DNA from: an uncultured Acidaminobacter sp.
GTDB lineage: Bacteria; Bacillota; Clostridia; Peptostreptococcales; Acidaminobacteraceae
Length of the DNA stretch: 32,000 nucleotides
Reading direction: 5' to 3'
Assembly (NCBI GenBank): GCA_963676345.2
Contig: CAXXTS010000004.1
Coordinates: 384,375 to 416,374, forward strand
The notes below the pieces were generated by a model. The model was given only the letters and a program-made list of their open reading frames with translations, was not told the DNA's origin and searched no databases. Made by a program: the position numbers and the translations under genes. Shown here in pieces: positions 31,457-32,000 of this stretch; position 1 is the stretch's first letter, and every line of letters begins with the position of its first letter.

Positions 31457-32000
31457 TTGGATTTTATATATCGCGCACTCGGAGGACTACTTGGTGGAGT
31501 GTATGGTTTTGTTGGCAGTTACTGGCTGGCAATTGTCTTTTTTACAATAATTGTAAAATTCTTACTTGTTCCACTATCATTTAAGCAGATTCAGTCTACA
31601 AAAGCAATGAATGATGTACAACCAAAGCTAAAGGCCCTTCAAGAAAAATATAAAAATGATAAAGAAACATTAAATATCAAAATGATGGAGCTTTATAAAG
31701 AGCACAACATCAATCCTTTAGCAGGATGTCTTCCTCTAGTTATTCAAATGCCTATACTCATTGGTCTATTTGGTGTTTTAAGAAAACCAGCAGAATATGT
31801 TTTTGGCGGTGATGCTTCACTTGCGAGTCAAGCATTGAATCAGGGTTTCTTGTGGGTTTCGGATTTAAGTGTACCGGATTCACTTGGCGCACTTGTAGAT
31901 ACTGGTGTTCCATTCTTAAATGGTCTACCTGGCATTCTACCTATTCTAGCTGCATTGACAACATATCTGTCTATGGTATTTGTAGGCGGTAAGAAACAGC
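31457..32000 (+). CDS. yidC: YidC/Oxa1-family membrane protein insertase, N-terminal part (continues beyond the window)
   Basis: This ORF is not in the ORF track because it is open-ended. The hand translation from the TTG at 31457 (AGGAGGA RBS) reads MDFIYRALGGLLGGVYGFVGSYWLAIVFFTIIVKFLLVPLSFKQIQSTKAMNDVQPKLKALQEKYKNDKETLNIKMMELYKEHNINPLAGCLPLVIQMPILIGLFGVL... Confidence 0.88.
   Translation, partial: MDFIYRALGGLLGGVYGFVGSYWLAIVFFTIIVKFLLVPLSFKQIQSTKAMNDVQPKLKALQEKYKNDKETLNIKMMELYKEHNINPLAGCLPLVIQMPILIGLFGVLRKPAEYVFGGDASLASQALNQGFLWVSDLSVPDSLGALVDTGVPFLNGLPGILPILAALTTYLSMVFVGGKKQ

Overview
This window is an origin-proximal housekeeping segment of a low-GC Firmicute; the gene content and 16S look Clostridia-like, but I cannot name a species. 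From right to left it holds the classic oriC neighbourhood. rpmH-rnpA-yidD-yidC lie on the + strand, divergent from dnaA-dnaN-yaaA-recF-gyrB-gyrA on the - strand, with DnaA-box clusters on both sides of dnaA. Next comes a 543-aa uncharacterised membrane protein (+), divergent from an rsbV-rsbW-sigB-type partner-switching operon (-), and then trpS (+). A complete rRNA operon follows on the - strand: two tandem promoters, 16S, tRNA-Ala, 23S, 5S, tRNA-Leu, tRNA-Gly, terminator. After it come about 0.8 kb of ORF-free AT-rich DNA and an orphan GntR/FCD regulator. Then there is a NAD de novo cluster, niaR-nadA-nadB-nadC, ending in an orphan PTS-EIIC-like permease. The left end holds a small 4-Cys protein, murI, a stand-alone sigma region-4 protein and a T-box-controlled serS (partial). 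I see no CRISPR array, transposase, integrase, phage genes or recognisable defence system, so most of the window is ordinary core genome. Three things deserve a second look. (1) nadA has an apparent 1-nt frameshift that separates the last ~45 codons, including the third Fe-S cysteine, from the main ORF. (2) The EIIC-like permease is embedded in the NiaR-type nad operon. (3) The sigB-type module has no phosphatase in view and sits next to an unknown multi-pass membrane protein and the ORF-free AT-rich tract. All coordinates of RNA ends, promoters and operators are hand-read estimates.
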